Source: Octopus vulgaris
Taxonomy: Eukaryota
Direction of reading: 5' to 3'
DNA length: 64,000 bases
Assembly (NCBI GenBank): GCA_951406725.2
Contig: OX597820.1
Span: 24,676,001-24,740,000, forward strand
In this document: positions 13,640 through 26,633 of the stretch, piece after piece
Layout of the letters: each line of letters begins with the position of its first letter
How positions within the stretch are numbered: the stretch's first letter is position 1
Made by a program: the position numbers and the translations under genes
The notes under the pieces: generated by a model
Told to the model about the DNA's origin: nothing
The model's database searches: none
What the model saw: only the letters and a program-made list of their open reading frames with translations

Positions 13640-13940
13640 GGAGGCACATGGCCTAGTGGTTAGAGCAGTGGACTCGCGGTTGAGGGATCGTGGGTTCGAA
13701 CCTCAGACCGGGTGATGTGTATGTTTATGAGCGAAACACCTAAGCCCTACGCGGCTCCGGCAGAAGGTAATGGCGAACTTCTGCTGACTCTTTCGCCACA
13801 AGTTTCTCTCACTATTTCCTCCTGCATCTTGCAGCTCACCTGCGACGGACCGGCGTCCCGTCCAGGTGGGGAACCTAAACGCCAAGGAAACTGGGAAACC
13901 GGCCCTTATGAGCCAGGCATGGCTCTAGAAGGAACAAACA
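13640..13940 (+). mobile_element. SINE family B variant
   Basis: GGAGGCACATGGCCTAGTGG..GGTTCGAACC head; 3' end GGGAAACCGGCCCTTATGAGCCAGGC. Confidence 0.8.
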
Positions 13941-14040
13941 TTGCTACCTTACTCATGCAAGAGGAGAACAATGTTAGAAGCCTTCTAAAAGTCGATTCAT
14001 CCCGTGTGTAACATATTCTTCTTTCCTTTTTACTCTCTGC

Positions 14041-14121
14041 GATCCAAAGTTTTAAGTTACAGCTTATTTCTCGCCAGAAAATATGCCTTTATTTTGTGAT
14101 AATTTTGTTTGGCGTGTAGCT
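14041..14121 (+). repeat. 81-bp exact direct repeat, copy 1 (copy 2 at 16154-16234)
   Basis: GATCCAAAGTTTTAAG..TTTGGCGTGTAGCT is identical at both sites. Confidence 0.95.
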
Positions 14122-14548
14122 TTGTTGATACATAATTGATCTTCAAAACAATCAGAGGAGACGCTGATATTCTGGAACGGAGACATCTTTGTGGTGGATG
14201 AACCGTTATCTTCTGTAGTACTATTGAAGTAAAATCTTCCTATATTGTATGTCGGTAACATATGGGTTTCTCTTAGAGATTTGTAAGAGGCGGTGAGCTA
14301 GTTGAATCGTTAGTGCGTTGCTCAAAGTGCTTAACAGCATTTTTTTCTGTTTTAAGTTCTGAGTCCAAGAGCCGCTGAGGTTGACTTTCATCTTTACTAA
14401 GTTTGTTAAATATGTATCAAGTGAACATTTCAGGTTGATGTAATCAACATGAAACCTTCCCTCTAATTTCAGGGCTTGTGCTTTTAGGAGAAAGAATTAT
14501 TAGTGGGTTGTTGCTTGTTTATTCTTGGAGCTTAAAGTAATTTACTCC

Positions 14549-14555
14549 ATCTGTA

Positions 14556-14598
<43 letters not shown>

Positions 14599-14964
14599 TG
14601 TTATAAGATTAAAGCTTATAAGCGGTCACCGCGCATTAACTAAGGTAAATAGTCTAATATCGAGGCATATAAACCCTCGGTGGGAAAGAGTAGGGTTTGC
14701 CGTACGCATGGGACTCAAACCCACACTTCTATGCATTCGCGAACCCACACATCCCATGCGTAAGGTAAACCCTACTTATTTTCCGTAGAGGGTATATATG
14801 CCCCAAATTAGACTACTTATCTTGATTCCCCAATATTAGACTATTTACCTGAATACCCTAATATTAGACTATTTACCTTAATGCCCCAATATTAGACTAT
14901 TTACCTTAGTCAATGCACTATGGTCGCTTATAAGCTTTAAGCTTATAAAATATTATTTACAGAT
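14549..14964. repeat. Foldback element with central tRNA B-box-like motif and four ~25-bp tandem repeats in the right arm
   Basis: The ATCTGTAAATAA..GCATGGGA arm is complementary to TCCCATGC..TTATTTACAGAT. The centre has GGTTTGAGTCCC on minus. Repeat unit CCCAATATTAGACTATTTACCT. Confidence 0.8.
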
Positions 14965-15257
14965 TTCAAAATTCGGCACTGCTTACCAAATAATCGCAGA
15001 AAAGTTTTGCTAGCTTTGAGTTATTCGTGGTGATGTTTCAATGCACTTTAAATAATTTGCTAAATATTTACTGCCATCACCTTGTTTGGAACAGTTGAAT
15101 ATTTCAAATATAATTTAGAAGTTTATCACTTCCTAGCGATTTTTTTATTACTTAATTTTTCTGTCGTCTGATCTACTCACTATTTTCCATGATTGGTCAA
15201 TTCTTATACTAGCTGCAACAATTAATGGCAGTCCTTGGTGATTCTTTCTAAAACGCT

Positions 15258-15304
<47 letters not shown>

Positions 15305-16774
15305 TCTCCCTCTCTCTCTCCCTCTCTCTTACTCTCTCCCTCTTTCTATTATTGCTCAGTTGATTTCTATTTTTGGTTTTACCTATTTCTTGATAAAAAT
15401 CGTTAGGGATTAGAATAGAATTTCTTTGAAGATTTTCATAACGACGGATTCTTTGATGTTTATTTGACTATCTCTTCTTTTGGGTGTTCTTTGATATATT
15501 TCGGGTTCTTTACTTATTATGTTGTATTTCTGTTGTATTTGGCTCTATTTCTGCTTTATTTTTCTTTTCATTTGTATCATTTCGGTGCTGATTTCTTTTA
15601 CTTTCTCTTTTTCTTCACAAGAATATTTTCCACGCTGTCTTTTGGGGTTTAAATGTTCCTTTATAAATCAGATTAAGGAATTATCCATTTTCTTTTACCG
15701 CTACGATAGCTGCTGCATATTTGATTTATCCTGAGATTTATGTTCGCTTCTGTATCAGATCGATAAAATCGACTGCTTCCTTCTACTCAAGTTTCAGGCT
15801 TTGTGCCTATCTTAAGAACAATTATGTATATGATAGCCAAATCTACGTTCAAGTTACTGTTGTTAGAGCGTTGAGTTATCGTGGGGAGATTATAATTCTG
15901 TGGCTATTTTCACCTTTAAACTATTGTCACATTCAAAATATTTGCCTTTAGAATAATTTATTCTTAAATCTTTATAATTTTTCTTTCCATTAAAATTTTC
16001 GTTTATAATGCTATTGTATGGCTTTTGTTGACTAATATATGTTTTGGGTATTTTTATATTTTCCTTTTTCCTTTGCTCATCTTGAAAATAAAAGTTTTCT
16101 TTACAGTTTACAGTTCGAAAAATGTATCTTCTCAAGTCAACTGATCTGTTGGAGATCCAAAGTTTTAAGTTACAGCTTATTTCTCGCCAGAAAATATGCC
16201 TTTATTTTGTGATAATTTTGTTTGGCGTGTAGCTGTATAGCATGTAGGAAACATTGAAACGGAATCCTTCCATGTTCCTGTCTATATATATATATATATC
16301 TATATATAAAACTGAATTGCGTTTTTACCGCTTGGTTCGCTTTCAATGCCACTACATCCCGTCCGATTCGCTCCAAAATTTACACGGACATGTAGAATGA
16401 GGTGACGATGCGCGTGGGCTACCTTAGAAATCCCTATCTTAAAAGCTGTGGTTTCTAGGGGCCATCTTCCTACCTCACCCTATTTCCTCCAGTACTCTGT
16501 CACTCCTCTTCATTTATAACTTTCAGAATGCCACTACGGTTATTTAAAGTATCTGTCACTATCGCTATTTCCTTTCTTTTTCACTGACTCTGTTTCCTAC
16601 CTTCCTATCACTTCGGCGGCGTTCTTTGAAGTATATGTCTGTCACCAACAATCAACACACGAGCATGAGAACAAATATTATGAATCAGATATTCTTGCGT
16701 TCATTTATATGTGTGTGTGTGTGTGTGTGTTCTATATATATATGTATATATAATGTATAATGTATATAATTTAC

Positions 16775-17628
16775 AGAGTTACTTCCCTTATATAATAGCG
16801 AAAAATGCATTAAAATGGAATAAAAAAATGATGGTAATTTTTTTTTTAATCGTTGACTCATCGTAGACATTTTTAGAGAGTTACTTCCCTTATATAATAG
16901 CGAAAAATGCATTAAAATGGAATAAAAAATGATGGTAAATTTTTTTAAATCGTAGACTCATCGTAGACGCGCGCTAATACACAGAAGGGCTCGATATGAA
17001 TCACGACTATAAGATACCCGTTTTTGGTTACACTGCACCGCAAAATGTGGGAGTAGTTAGGAATCTAAATCGTAGGAGACAGACACACAACCTTACTTTT
17101 ATATATAAAGATTTGTGCAACAACTAAAACATTCGGTTGTGCAAATTGTTTGCACAGGAAACCTGCCCTGTGTGGCGGTTTTTGCCGTTTTTGTGGATCT
17201 GTTTCAGCTTTTTTAGCGATTTCTGTTTTGGCGACTTCAAGCCATGAAGTCGTTGTTCTAAAAGAACGCTGGTCTCCTTCACAACGCATTACGACGTTGA
17301 TTTCCTTACACTCCCTTCCCCACAGCTTCACGAGGGAGGGAAGAAGGGGGAGAAGCAACACAGGTGCAAGGCGTGAGCGTGGACGCCAACTCCGCCGCCA
17401 TCGACACACGAAAAAATATGCATTAAAATGGAATAAAAAATGATGTTAAATTATTTTTAAAATCGTACACTCATCGTAGACGCGCGCTAATACCCAGACG
17501 GGCTCGATATGAATCACGACTATAAGATACCCGAATTTGGTTAAACTGCACCGCAAAATTTGGGAGTAGTTAGGAATCTAAATCGAAGGGGACAGACACT
17601 CACACAACTACAGTTTTATATATATAGA
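16775..17628 (-). mobile_element. Two tandem Helitron-type 5' ends in opposite orientation, nested in the above
   Basis: TCTATATATATAAAA starts at 17628 and TCTTTATATATAAAA at 17111. About 200 bp is shared (16905-17110 vs 17418-17628), plus a ~90-bp repeat at 16775 and 16878. Confidence 0.6.
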
Positions 17629-17771
17629 TATATTTTCTATGTTATATTTTCTTTTTTTATGTTTTTGTTTTTGGTTTTTCACTGTTTGATTTGCCTATTA
17701 GTGGTTTTATCTCTAATTTAATTTATACAGATATATATCTCATTCGTATACATTTGTATATATAATGCGTG

Positions 17772-17807
<36 letters not shown>

Positions 17808-18629
17808 CATATATATATGTGTGCATTACGTAGTCGGTCGATTCACCTGAAAATATGCACACCTATGTTAAAGGTGCTGACAAGTTTGCATCACAACTAT
17901 TTTGTTCCTCAAATGAAAGGCGTCACCTCTAGGACAAAATTCCTCATCTTATAAAATGTGGCCCCAGTACACCCGAATGAAATCGGGTTATATTAACCAA
18001 AATGTGAAAAGGGGTCTAAATGGGGCTGGAAGGGGATTAAAATTTCAAAGAGCGGGTGTTTAGGAATTCTCTGTTGCATCAAGCTAAAAAATTTGCGCCA
18101 GCCTTTTAATCGTCAATGTGTTGCCGTCCATGATAAAGAAGTTTTGAATGCTTGCCATGGTGAGTCTACTGTCGTGAGAAAGAATCACTTCAAAAATTGG
18201 TGTTTACGAATTTTCTTTTACATCAAGTTCAAAATTTTACGCCAGCCGTTAAACTGTCACTACGTTGCTGTCCGTCGTTAACAAATGCCAGCCATGGTGA
18301 CTCTACTATCCTCAGATTCTATCCCTTCAAACTTTGGTTTCCAATATTTTATTATTTTTATTCAGCTCGCAAGTTCGTCTGTCCCTTTTGAATGTTAGCG
18401 TTTTGCTGTCTGCCTTGAAGCAGACCTTTCCATTGCCACTGCCTCATATTTCTGATTGATCTTTCTAAATATTTTATTTCTCAACTTACTCAAGATCTTC
18501 TGTTGTTTATAAATGGGAGAGAGATAGATAAAGATAGAGAGTAAGAGAAAGCGAGGGAGAGTCAGAGAGAAAAGAAAAGTAAGAGAGTGGGAAAGTGAGA
18601 GAGAAAGGAGAGAGAAACAAATACGGAGA

Positions 18630-18940
18630 ATCATCATCATCATCATCGTTTAACGTCCGTTTTCCGTGCTAGCACGGGTTGGGCAGTGTGACCGGGTCTC
18701 GGAAGCCAGGAGGCTGCACCATGCTCCAGTCTGATCTGGCAGTGTTTCTACAGGTGGATGACCTTCCTAACGCCAACCACACTGTGAGTGTAGTGAGTGC
18801 TTTTTTCGTGCCGACGGCACTGGTGCCAGGGGGGCTCGCAGTGGCAACGATCGGTTGGTGCTTTTTACGTGCCACCAGCACAGAAGCAAGTCAAGGCGGT
18901 GCTGCAATCGGCGACGTTCGGATGGTGCTTTTTACGTGCT
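18630..18940 (-). mobile_element. Non-LTR retroelement/SINE 3' portion ending in (GAT)n
   Basis: Minus strand ends ..GCTAGCACGGAAAACGGACGTTAAACGATGATGATG (RTE-like tail); internal GGTGCTTTT.ACGTGCC repeats. Confidence 0.6.
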
Positions 18941-19016
18941 GAAAGGAAGCAACAGAAAGTAACACCCACACTCTTACCCGCGCGTAGAGCGGGTCACCTT
19001 CAGCTAGTATATATAT

Positions 19017-19047
<31 letters not shown>

Positions 19048-19085
19048 TATATATGTGTGTGTGTATATATAAATATGTGAGTGTG

Positions 19086-19148
<63 letters not shown>

Positions 19149-19184
19149 TATAAACGAGAAAAGAAGCAACAAGAATGGATTAGT

Positions 19185-19275
19185 TTTAAGTACAATTGTT
19201 TCATACAAAGACAGGCTTTATTAAAAGTTGCAAATATTGCAGCAGATAAAAGTGTCCCGTACTCATCAGCTAAAA
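19185..19275 (-). ncRNA. Type I hammerhead ribozyme (intact core, one stem I mismatch)
   Basis: Reverse complement: TTTTAG-CTGATGA-GTACGGGACA..TGTCTTTGTAT-GAAAC-AATT-GTA-CTTAAA. Confidence 0.85.
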
Positions 19276-20620
19276 TACATATGAGTTCTCTAAACATCTT
19301 AGTGGGTGAGGCTACACTCATGAAGTATTGGAGATAATTTCATTAAAAGCAGATTCAGGTTGTAAACAGACTTCCAAAGTCTGTTACATTATGTTACATT
19401 ATGGTTATCTCTTTCTTTATAACTGTACCTGATTTTGAAAACATAGAAACAAATAGTACTTGTAAGTTGCTTAAATGAAGTTTTAATTGACTTTATAATT
19501 TTAATTTTTAATTTTTAATTTAATCTAATTTTTTCTAATTTAGGTAACACAACTTAAATATAACAAGTTAATAATACTTCATAATTCTATTACAAAATTT
19601 AATAAGTAATGCTACTCCCTTGAAAGTAGTATAAGAAATTTCAATATAATAAGCAATTCCCTCACACCTTGTAAACTGACTCCTAAGCATAAACCTATAG
19701 TCTGTCAATGTATAGATAGTAACAGCAACAATATAATACAGTAACAATAATAAATAAATTAAATTAAATGACCTCTTTCTAGTATTGCACTTATTTTCTC
19801 TTAATGTATTTCCCTTTAATGATAGCCTTTGACCCCTCAATCCATTACCCTGTTCTCTCTTTAGATTCTCATATCTGCTTCAACTACGTCAGGTTGGCAA
19901 TTAATAGCTGTTTACTGGTCAAAAATAATATTCTCCTTATAGTTCTTAGATTCCTACAAATTCTTAGCCAGCCTGACCGTCTCCATATTTAAGAGATTTT
20001 TTTCTGGGTAGAAGGTTACCTGCGACCCTTTCCCATCTCAGTTGTCACAGTATACTCTATGTGGGCGTTTTTTCTTTTTCTTTTCTTTTTTCTTTCTTCT
20101 TTCTTCTTTTTTCTTTTTTTCTTATTTTCTTTTTTTCTTCTATTTTTTCTTTTTTCTTTTTTCTTTTTTTCTTTTTCTTTTTTCTTTTTTTCTTTTTTCT
20201 TTTTCTTTCTTTTCTTTTTCCTTCTCTTCTTTTTCCTTTTCTTTTCTTTGCTCCACAAAATTCCTTCAGCCTTTGGAAGTCATAACATAGCAGTTTTGTG
20301 AAGAGAACAGTAATGTGGCAAATACCTTATAATATAGCATGAAATTATATCCACCTCATTGTGGATTAACCATGGATAAATTCATCGTCTGTGAGTATGA
20401 AATACCTCCTCATATCTCTGGAAATTTACACCTACACTATGGATGGATTAAACTTCTCTGTGAAACTAATAAGCTTTTTAAAACCTGTGATAAGACTGTG
20501 CATCATCATTAAAGAACTTTGGAAGTCTGTTTACAACCTGAATCTGCTTTTAATGAAATTATCTCCAATACTTCATGAGTGTAGCCTCACCCACTAAGAT
20601 GTTTAGAGAACTCATATGTA

Positions 20621-20711
20621 TTTTAGCTGATGAGTACGGGACACTTTTATCTGCTGCAATATTTGCAACTTTTAATAAAGCCTGTCTTTGTATGAAACAA
20701 TTGTACTAAAA
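20621..20711 (+). ncRNA. Canonical type I hammerhead ribozyme, predicted cleavage after GUA at 20705
   Basis: Stem I TTTTAG/CTAAAA; core CTGATGA 20627-20633; 60-nt stem II; GAAAC 20694-20698; palindromic AATT loop; GTA. Confidence 0.92.
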
Positions 20712-20857
20712 ACTAATCCATTCTTGTTGCTTCTTTTCTCGTTTATAATCACCCCACACTACTGTATTGGTTAACACCATATAGTTTTCTGGTGCATCTA
20801 AGTTAAGTACCATATTCAAGTGAATTCATTAGAATTGACTTGAATCTTAATTGCTTT

Positions 20858-20892
<35 letters not shown>

Positions 20893-20927
20893 TTAGCCCT
20901 CTGAACTTTTCAGATCCTCTTCTAAAC

Positions 20928-21050
20928 TCTCTGATGAAGCCTAGAGGTACAGCCAAGTACCATAATTTTATCTGCCGATCACTACAGTACACTAAAAGTT
21001 GGAAATAACACGTGCTGTACTGTGACCTCTTGGCAGAAACAGCTGTGAGA
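20928..21050 (+). ncRNA. Type I hammerhead ribozyme with 98-nt stem II; G at cleavage site
   Basis: TCT-CTGATGA-AGCCTAGAGGTACAG..CTGTGACCTCTTGGCA-GAAAC-AGCT-GTG-AGA. Confidence 0.8.
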
Positions 21051-21222
21051 AACTGTTCTTCTTTCTCTATTCTAGAAATTACTGGTACTTTATGTATGTA
21101 AAGCAATATTTACACATGTATACATATTTACATATTCTCATAGTTGTTTTAAATAAATAAATAACTAGACATAATCTGGATCCCCTCCATTTTTTTCTTG
21201 CCGTACGTATATATGTGTATAT

Positions 21223-21285
<63 letters not shown>

Positions 21286-21298
21286 GTATGTATGTATG

Positions 21299-21364
<66 letters not shown>

Positions 21365-22260
21365 CATATATATATATTTATATATATATGTGTGTGTGTG
21401 TATATGTATGTTCATATTTGTGCCTATCCGTAACCGTTTGACACCCGCTCTTGGTTCGTTTACGTCCACGTAACGTAACGATTCGGCAAAGCAATCCGAA
21501 GGAATGGGAACCAGACTGAAAAGAAATATTGGGGGCTGATCTGTTCGACAATATCCTTCAAAGTGCTGCCCAAGTATGACTGCAGGCCAGTGAGTGGAAC
21601 ACATCAAAGATGAACGATTAAGCAGAAAAAGGAACAATGTATTTCAATAGTAATTTAATGCATAATTTACACAATTACTTGTTAATATTTTAGATGTTTA
21701 AGACAGCGAGCTGTTCGTTAGCACTCCGGTCAAAATGTTTAAAGGCATTTCGTCCATCTTTACGTTCTGAGTTCATATTCCACCGTGGTCGACTTTGCCC
21801 TTTAATCCTACCGTGGTCGATAAAATAAGTATCAGAGGAGCACTGGGGTCGATGTAATCGACTTACACTCTTCTGCAATATTGCTGGCCTTGTGCCAATA
21901 TCCCAAACCAGTATTTTCGATGTCTTATTTCTGTATAATTCGTTGTTATTTTATCGGTATTAAAGATAAGTTGCATTGGACGAGTGTTGACTCAGACATT
22001 TGTCATCGTACCGTTTAATATTGGCATAGTCAGAAGAATTTTATTTTAGGTAGTGAGCTGACGGAATCGTTGTAGTCGGAATACATGCTAGTCATACATT
22101 TAGGGAAGATGAAATAAAGTACCACTCGAGTACTGGAGTCGATGTAATTGACATTGTCCTTCCCGCAAAATTGTTGATCTCATACTTAAATACAATGGCG
22201 AGGAGTAATTTTCTTAATAATAGAGACTACACACGAATCAGATAGATAGATAGATAGATT

Positions 22261-22340
<80 letters not shown>

Positions 22341-22499
22341 TATATATAGAGAGAGAGAGATAGGTGGATGGATGGATTGCGAAAGTAGTTGGTAGAATGT
22401 CAAAGAGAAATACTGATTGATTGGCAACGAGGTATTTAAATATAGATATACATGTAAAGAGAAAGGAGAATAACTAGATAAGCTTGTAAGTAGTTAAGC

Positions 22500-22590
<91 letters not shown>

Positions 22591-22820
22591 GAGTTAGATA
22601 GGTTACAAAAGGAACAATAGGCAGACAGATATTTGAATGAATAGTAAGTTACTGTTAATGTCAGCCAATATTCCTGAGAAATACTTTTTTTCTGCATCTT
22701 GCATCTGCTTCATGTAATCAGCCTTTGTGTTAAATAATCAATTAGTAATTGCTTCGTGTCAATTAAGTAAATCTCTATCGTAATTAGATCTATTTAGAAG
22801 ATTGTGTGTGATGTGTATAA

Positions 22821-22864
<44 letters not shown>

Positions 22865-23051
22865 TATACATAGACTTATATATGTATATTAATATGCATC
22901 TATCTATCTATATATCTATCTCTCTATATATACTTATATATACATATATACATATGTATAAATGCATATTCATATATATATATATATGCCTATGCGTATT
23001 ATATATATATTCATACACGTATACATACATATATATATACATATGAATAAA

Positions 23052-23087
<36 letters not shown>

Positions 23088-23233
23088 TACGCGTATACAT
23101 ATATGTATATTTATATACAGAAACACACTCAGACATAGATGTATGTCAGCATACACACACATACACACTCACACACACACACATACACTCACACACACAT
23201 ATGTATGTATATGTATATATGTAGTGGAGTGAG

Positions 23234-23288
<55 letters not shown>

Positions 23289-23979
23289 ATTTACCGAAAA
23301 AAGAGGGAAGGAGAGAGATGTGATCAGGAGCAGAGATATCAGATACAAAGCGATGAATGATAAAGAAAAATTGAATCACATAACTCTTGAAACAAACGAG
23401 AACAAAAACAACAAAACGAAATATACGAAAGCAATAAAGATAGAGGTTAAAGCATTGTGGTTGTGTATTTTTCAGATTTACTTAGAAGCAATCACCTTAT
23501 TGGGCATGTTCCCTATATTTTCCTCTTAAAAGGCAACTGCAGCCGAGGTGTATTTCACACACTGTCTTGCTGCATCAGGACCCGTCTCTCTTGCTAGCTT
23601 TGATAGCTCTGTCCTTGCCACTGACATTAATTTTGTTGAGTGTCTCTGCCTGTTAAGCCTATTGAAGTCCCCAAACAATAACACCCGATATGACTTAGTG
23701 TTCAACACGATAATAGTGGAAACTGAAAAGCCTATTCTTCATTGAGTAAAAAATTATTTCTGTTAACAGCACATGGCCTGAAGTTTTGAGGGTGGAGGTG
23801 AGTCGATTCCATCAAACTCAGTGTTCAACAGGTATTTATTTTATCTACTCGCAAAAGGATGAAAAGCAAATTGGACGTCAGTGGAATTTGAACTAAATGC
23901 CGCTGGGTATTTTGCCCGGCATGCTAACAATTTTGCCAAGCTCGCCGACTTTTATTATCCTAAAAATTTGGATTTCAGA

Positions 23980-24580
23980 TTTTGGCGCAAGGTCTGCACT
24001 TTGGAGAAAAGGACAAGTCGAGTGCATCGATTCCAGTGCTCAACTAGTAGTTATTTCATCTAACCTGAAGGTATAAAAAGCAAAGTCGACCTCGGCGGAA
24101 TTTGATTTCAAAACATAAAGACGGACAAAATGTCGCTAAGCATTTTGCTCGGCGCGCTAACGAATCTTATTTCTTTGTTGCCCACAAAGAGCTAAACATA
24201 GAGGGGACAAAGAAGGATAGACAAACGGATTAAGTCGATTACATCGACCCCAGTGCATAACTGGTACTTAATTTATCGACCTCGAAAAGGATGAAAGGCA
24301 AAGTCGACCTCGGCAGAATTTGAACTCAGAACGTAGCGGCAGACGAAATACCTATTTCTTTACTACTCACAAGGGGCTAAACACAGAGAGGACAAACAAG
24401 GACAGACAAACGGATTAAGTCGATTATATCGACCCCAGTGCGTAACTGGTACTTATTTAATCGACCCCGAAAGGATGAAAGGCAAAGTCGACCTCGGCGG
24501 AATTTGAACTCAGAACGTAGCGGCAGACGAAATACCGCTAAGCATTTCGCCCGCCGTGCTAACGTTTCTGCCAGCTCACT
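23980..24580 (-). mobile_element. SINE family A trimer (tail2-tail2-tail1)
   Basis: Three GTCGACCTCGGC.GAATTTGA units; fixed junction GAAATACCTATTTCTTT at ~24345-24361. Confidence 0.85.
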
Positions 24581-25088
24581 GTCTTTCTTTGTTAATTAAT
24601 AGGATCACAGGTGACTGTAATGTGTTCTTAATATTACTCTTTGGTCTTTGGTTTTGTACTTAAGCCATGATTTGTGTCCTCGTCAGAAATTGATGCATAT
24701 GCAATCAAGGAATTCTTGAAGCTTCTTCTTCCCGCACCACATGGAAAAGAACGCCCTCTGCAATCATCATGGAGATCGCCAGCGTTACTGAGTTTGACTT
24801 AAGTAATAATAGTGGGGTTTTGTGGATGAAATCTAGTAGAGATAATCTCTCTCGCTCTCCTTCCTCTTACCCTATTTGTCAATGTCCGTGTATGTATATA
24901 TGTATGTATATTTGTATGTATGTATGTATGTATGTATGTATGTATGTATGTATGTATGTATGTATGTGTGTATGTATGTATGTATGTATGTATGTATATT
25001 TGTATGTATGAATATATGTTAGTATATATATATGTATGTGTATGTATGTATGTTTGTATGTATGTATGTATGTTTGTATGTATGTTTT

Positions 25089-25135
<47 letters not shown>

Positions 25136-25339
25136 CCCCCAGTATCAGGATGGGTATTTTATTTTCAACGAGCAATCATATTATCGACTGATCAAAGTCA
25201 AAGTTGTTCCCAAAAGGGGTTTGCAGTTAGAACGTAAAGAAACAAGGGGCTACTTAATTGCGCTCAGCAGAAATTGTGATATTGTCTGTCGTTCTAAAGG
25301 CTGCCAAGCTAACAGTAAGAAGGATACGATCAATATTCT

Positions 25340-25550
25340 ACTCTAGGCATAAAGCCCGAAATTTTTGGAGATGGAGTCAGTCGATCAGATCGACCCCAGT
25401 ACGTAACGCATACATAATTTATCGACCTCAAAAGGATGAAAGGCAATATCGACCTCGGCGGAATTTGAACTCAGAACGTAAAGATAGACGGAAAAAAACC
25501 GCTATAGATTTCGCCCGACGTGCTAACGTTTCTCCTAGCTCACCGCCTTC
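25340..25550 (-). mobile_element. SINE family A (tail type 1)
   Basis: Reverse complement of the family A head and body. Confidence 0.8.
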
Positions 25551-25589
25551 GCAAAGAGAAATATTAATAAAATTAATTTTATTTATTTC

Positions 25590-25870
25590 TGCGCCCTTTT
25601 CAAGCCTAGCCAGGCTCATGGGCCCAGTTTCTCCGGCGTATGTGTTCCCCGCAGCTGGACGGGACGCCAGTCCATCGCAGCTTTACTCCAGAAACAGGAA
25701 GAAAGAGTGAGAGAAAGAGAACTCAGGGGTCGCCATCACCCCCTGCCGGAGCCTCGTGGAGCTTTAGGTGTTTTCGCTCAATAAACACACAAAACGCCCC
25801 GTCTGGGAATCGAAACCGCGATCTTCCGACAGCGAGTCCACTGCCCTAACTACTGGGCCATTGCGCCTCC
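25590..25870 (-). mobile_element. SINE family B
   Basis: Ends in CTGGGCCATTGCGCCTCC (reverse complement of the head). Confidence 0.85.
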
Positions 25871-26401
25871 ACAATAAAAATAATAAGTAATATAAATACT
25901 AAGGTTAGCTACAAATTACCTACTTTGAAAAAGTAAGAATCCAAGAGTACATTTTCTTTTTCTTTTTGCTTTTGAATCACATGATTATAACGTATGTGAT
26001 GAACATTGCTTTGATCTCAATAATTAAGAAAACACGCAAGCTCATTTCCATACACATACACACATGTACATGCAGATACGCACCCGCATGTACACATACA
26101 CATGCCTTCACACGCGTGAGGCAAAATGATATGTACACAACTGCAAAAGTATACAATGATACACATCTACAAATATGTATGAAGATATACACATAATCGC
26201 ATACACTCACATCCGGGGACACACCTAACACACACACACACACACACACACGCGCGCGCGCATGCATGCATACACACACACACAGACACACACATAGACA
26301 CACACGCACACGCATACAAGAACTTCATTAGTATTTTCCGGCGTCATGAATTTCCTGAAAATTATAATGCTAATGATACGTACACATATACATACATATG
26401 T

Positions 26402-26538
<137 letters not shown>

Positions 26539-26540
26539 AT

Positions 26541-26631
<91 letters not shown>

Positions 26632-26633
<2 letters not shown>

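Larger units (their letters stand above)
16299..19007 (+). mobile_element. Non-autonomous Helitron-like composite
   Basis: 5' end A|TCTATATATAAAACTG..CCGATTCGCTCCAAAATTT. 3' hairpin ACCCGC-gcgtaga-GCGGGT (18976-18994) is followed 9 nt later by CTAG|T. Pairing of the two ends is an inference. Confidence 0.6.
19149..20747 (-). mobile_element. Truncated Penelope-like element with 232-bp inverted pLTRs, each containing a hammerhead ribozyme
   Basis: 19149-19380 is the reverse complement of 20516-20747. Decayed GIY-YIG-like traces on minus (NKCNTRKR..YYIEISYTTFK, ORF 19568..19840) lead into the left repeat. Confidence 0.8.

Noticed and set aside
14064-14261. 65-aa minus-strand ORF
   Set aside because: No motif, and it runs into the 81-bp duplicated segment.
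14810-14910. Short regular repeats resembling a CRISPR array
   Set aside because: No unique spacers, eukaryotic context and no cas genes.
20065-20250. Lys/Arg-rich or Phe-rich ORFs
   Set aside because: Low-complexity T/C tract.
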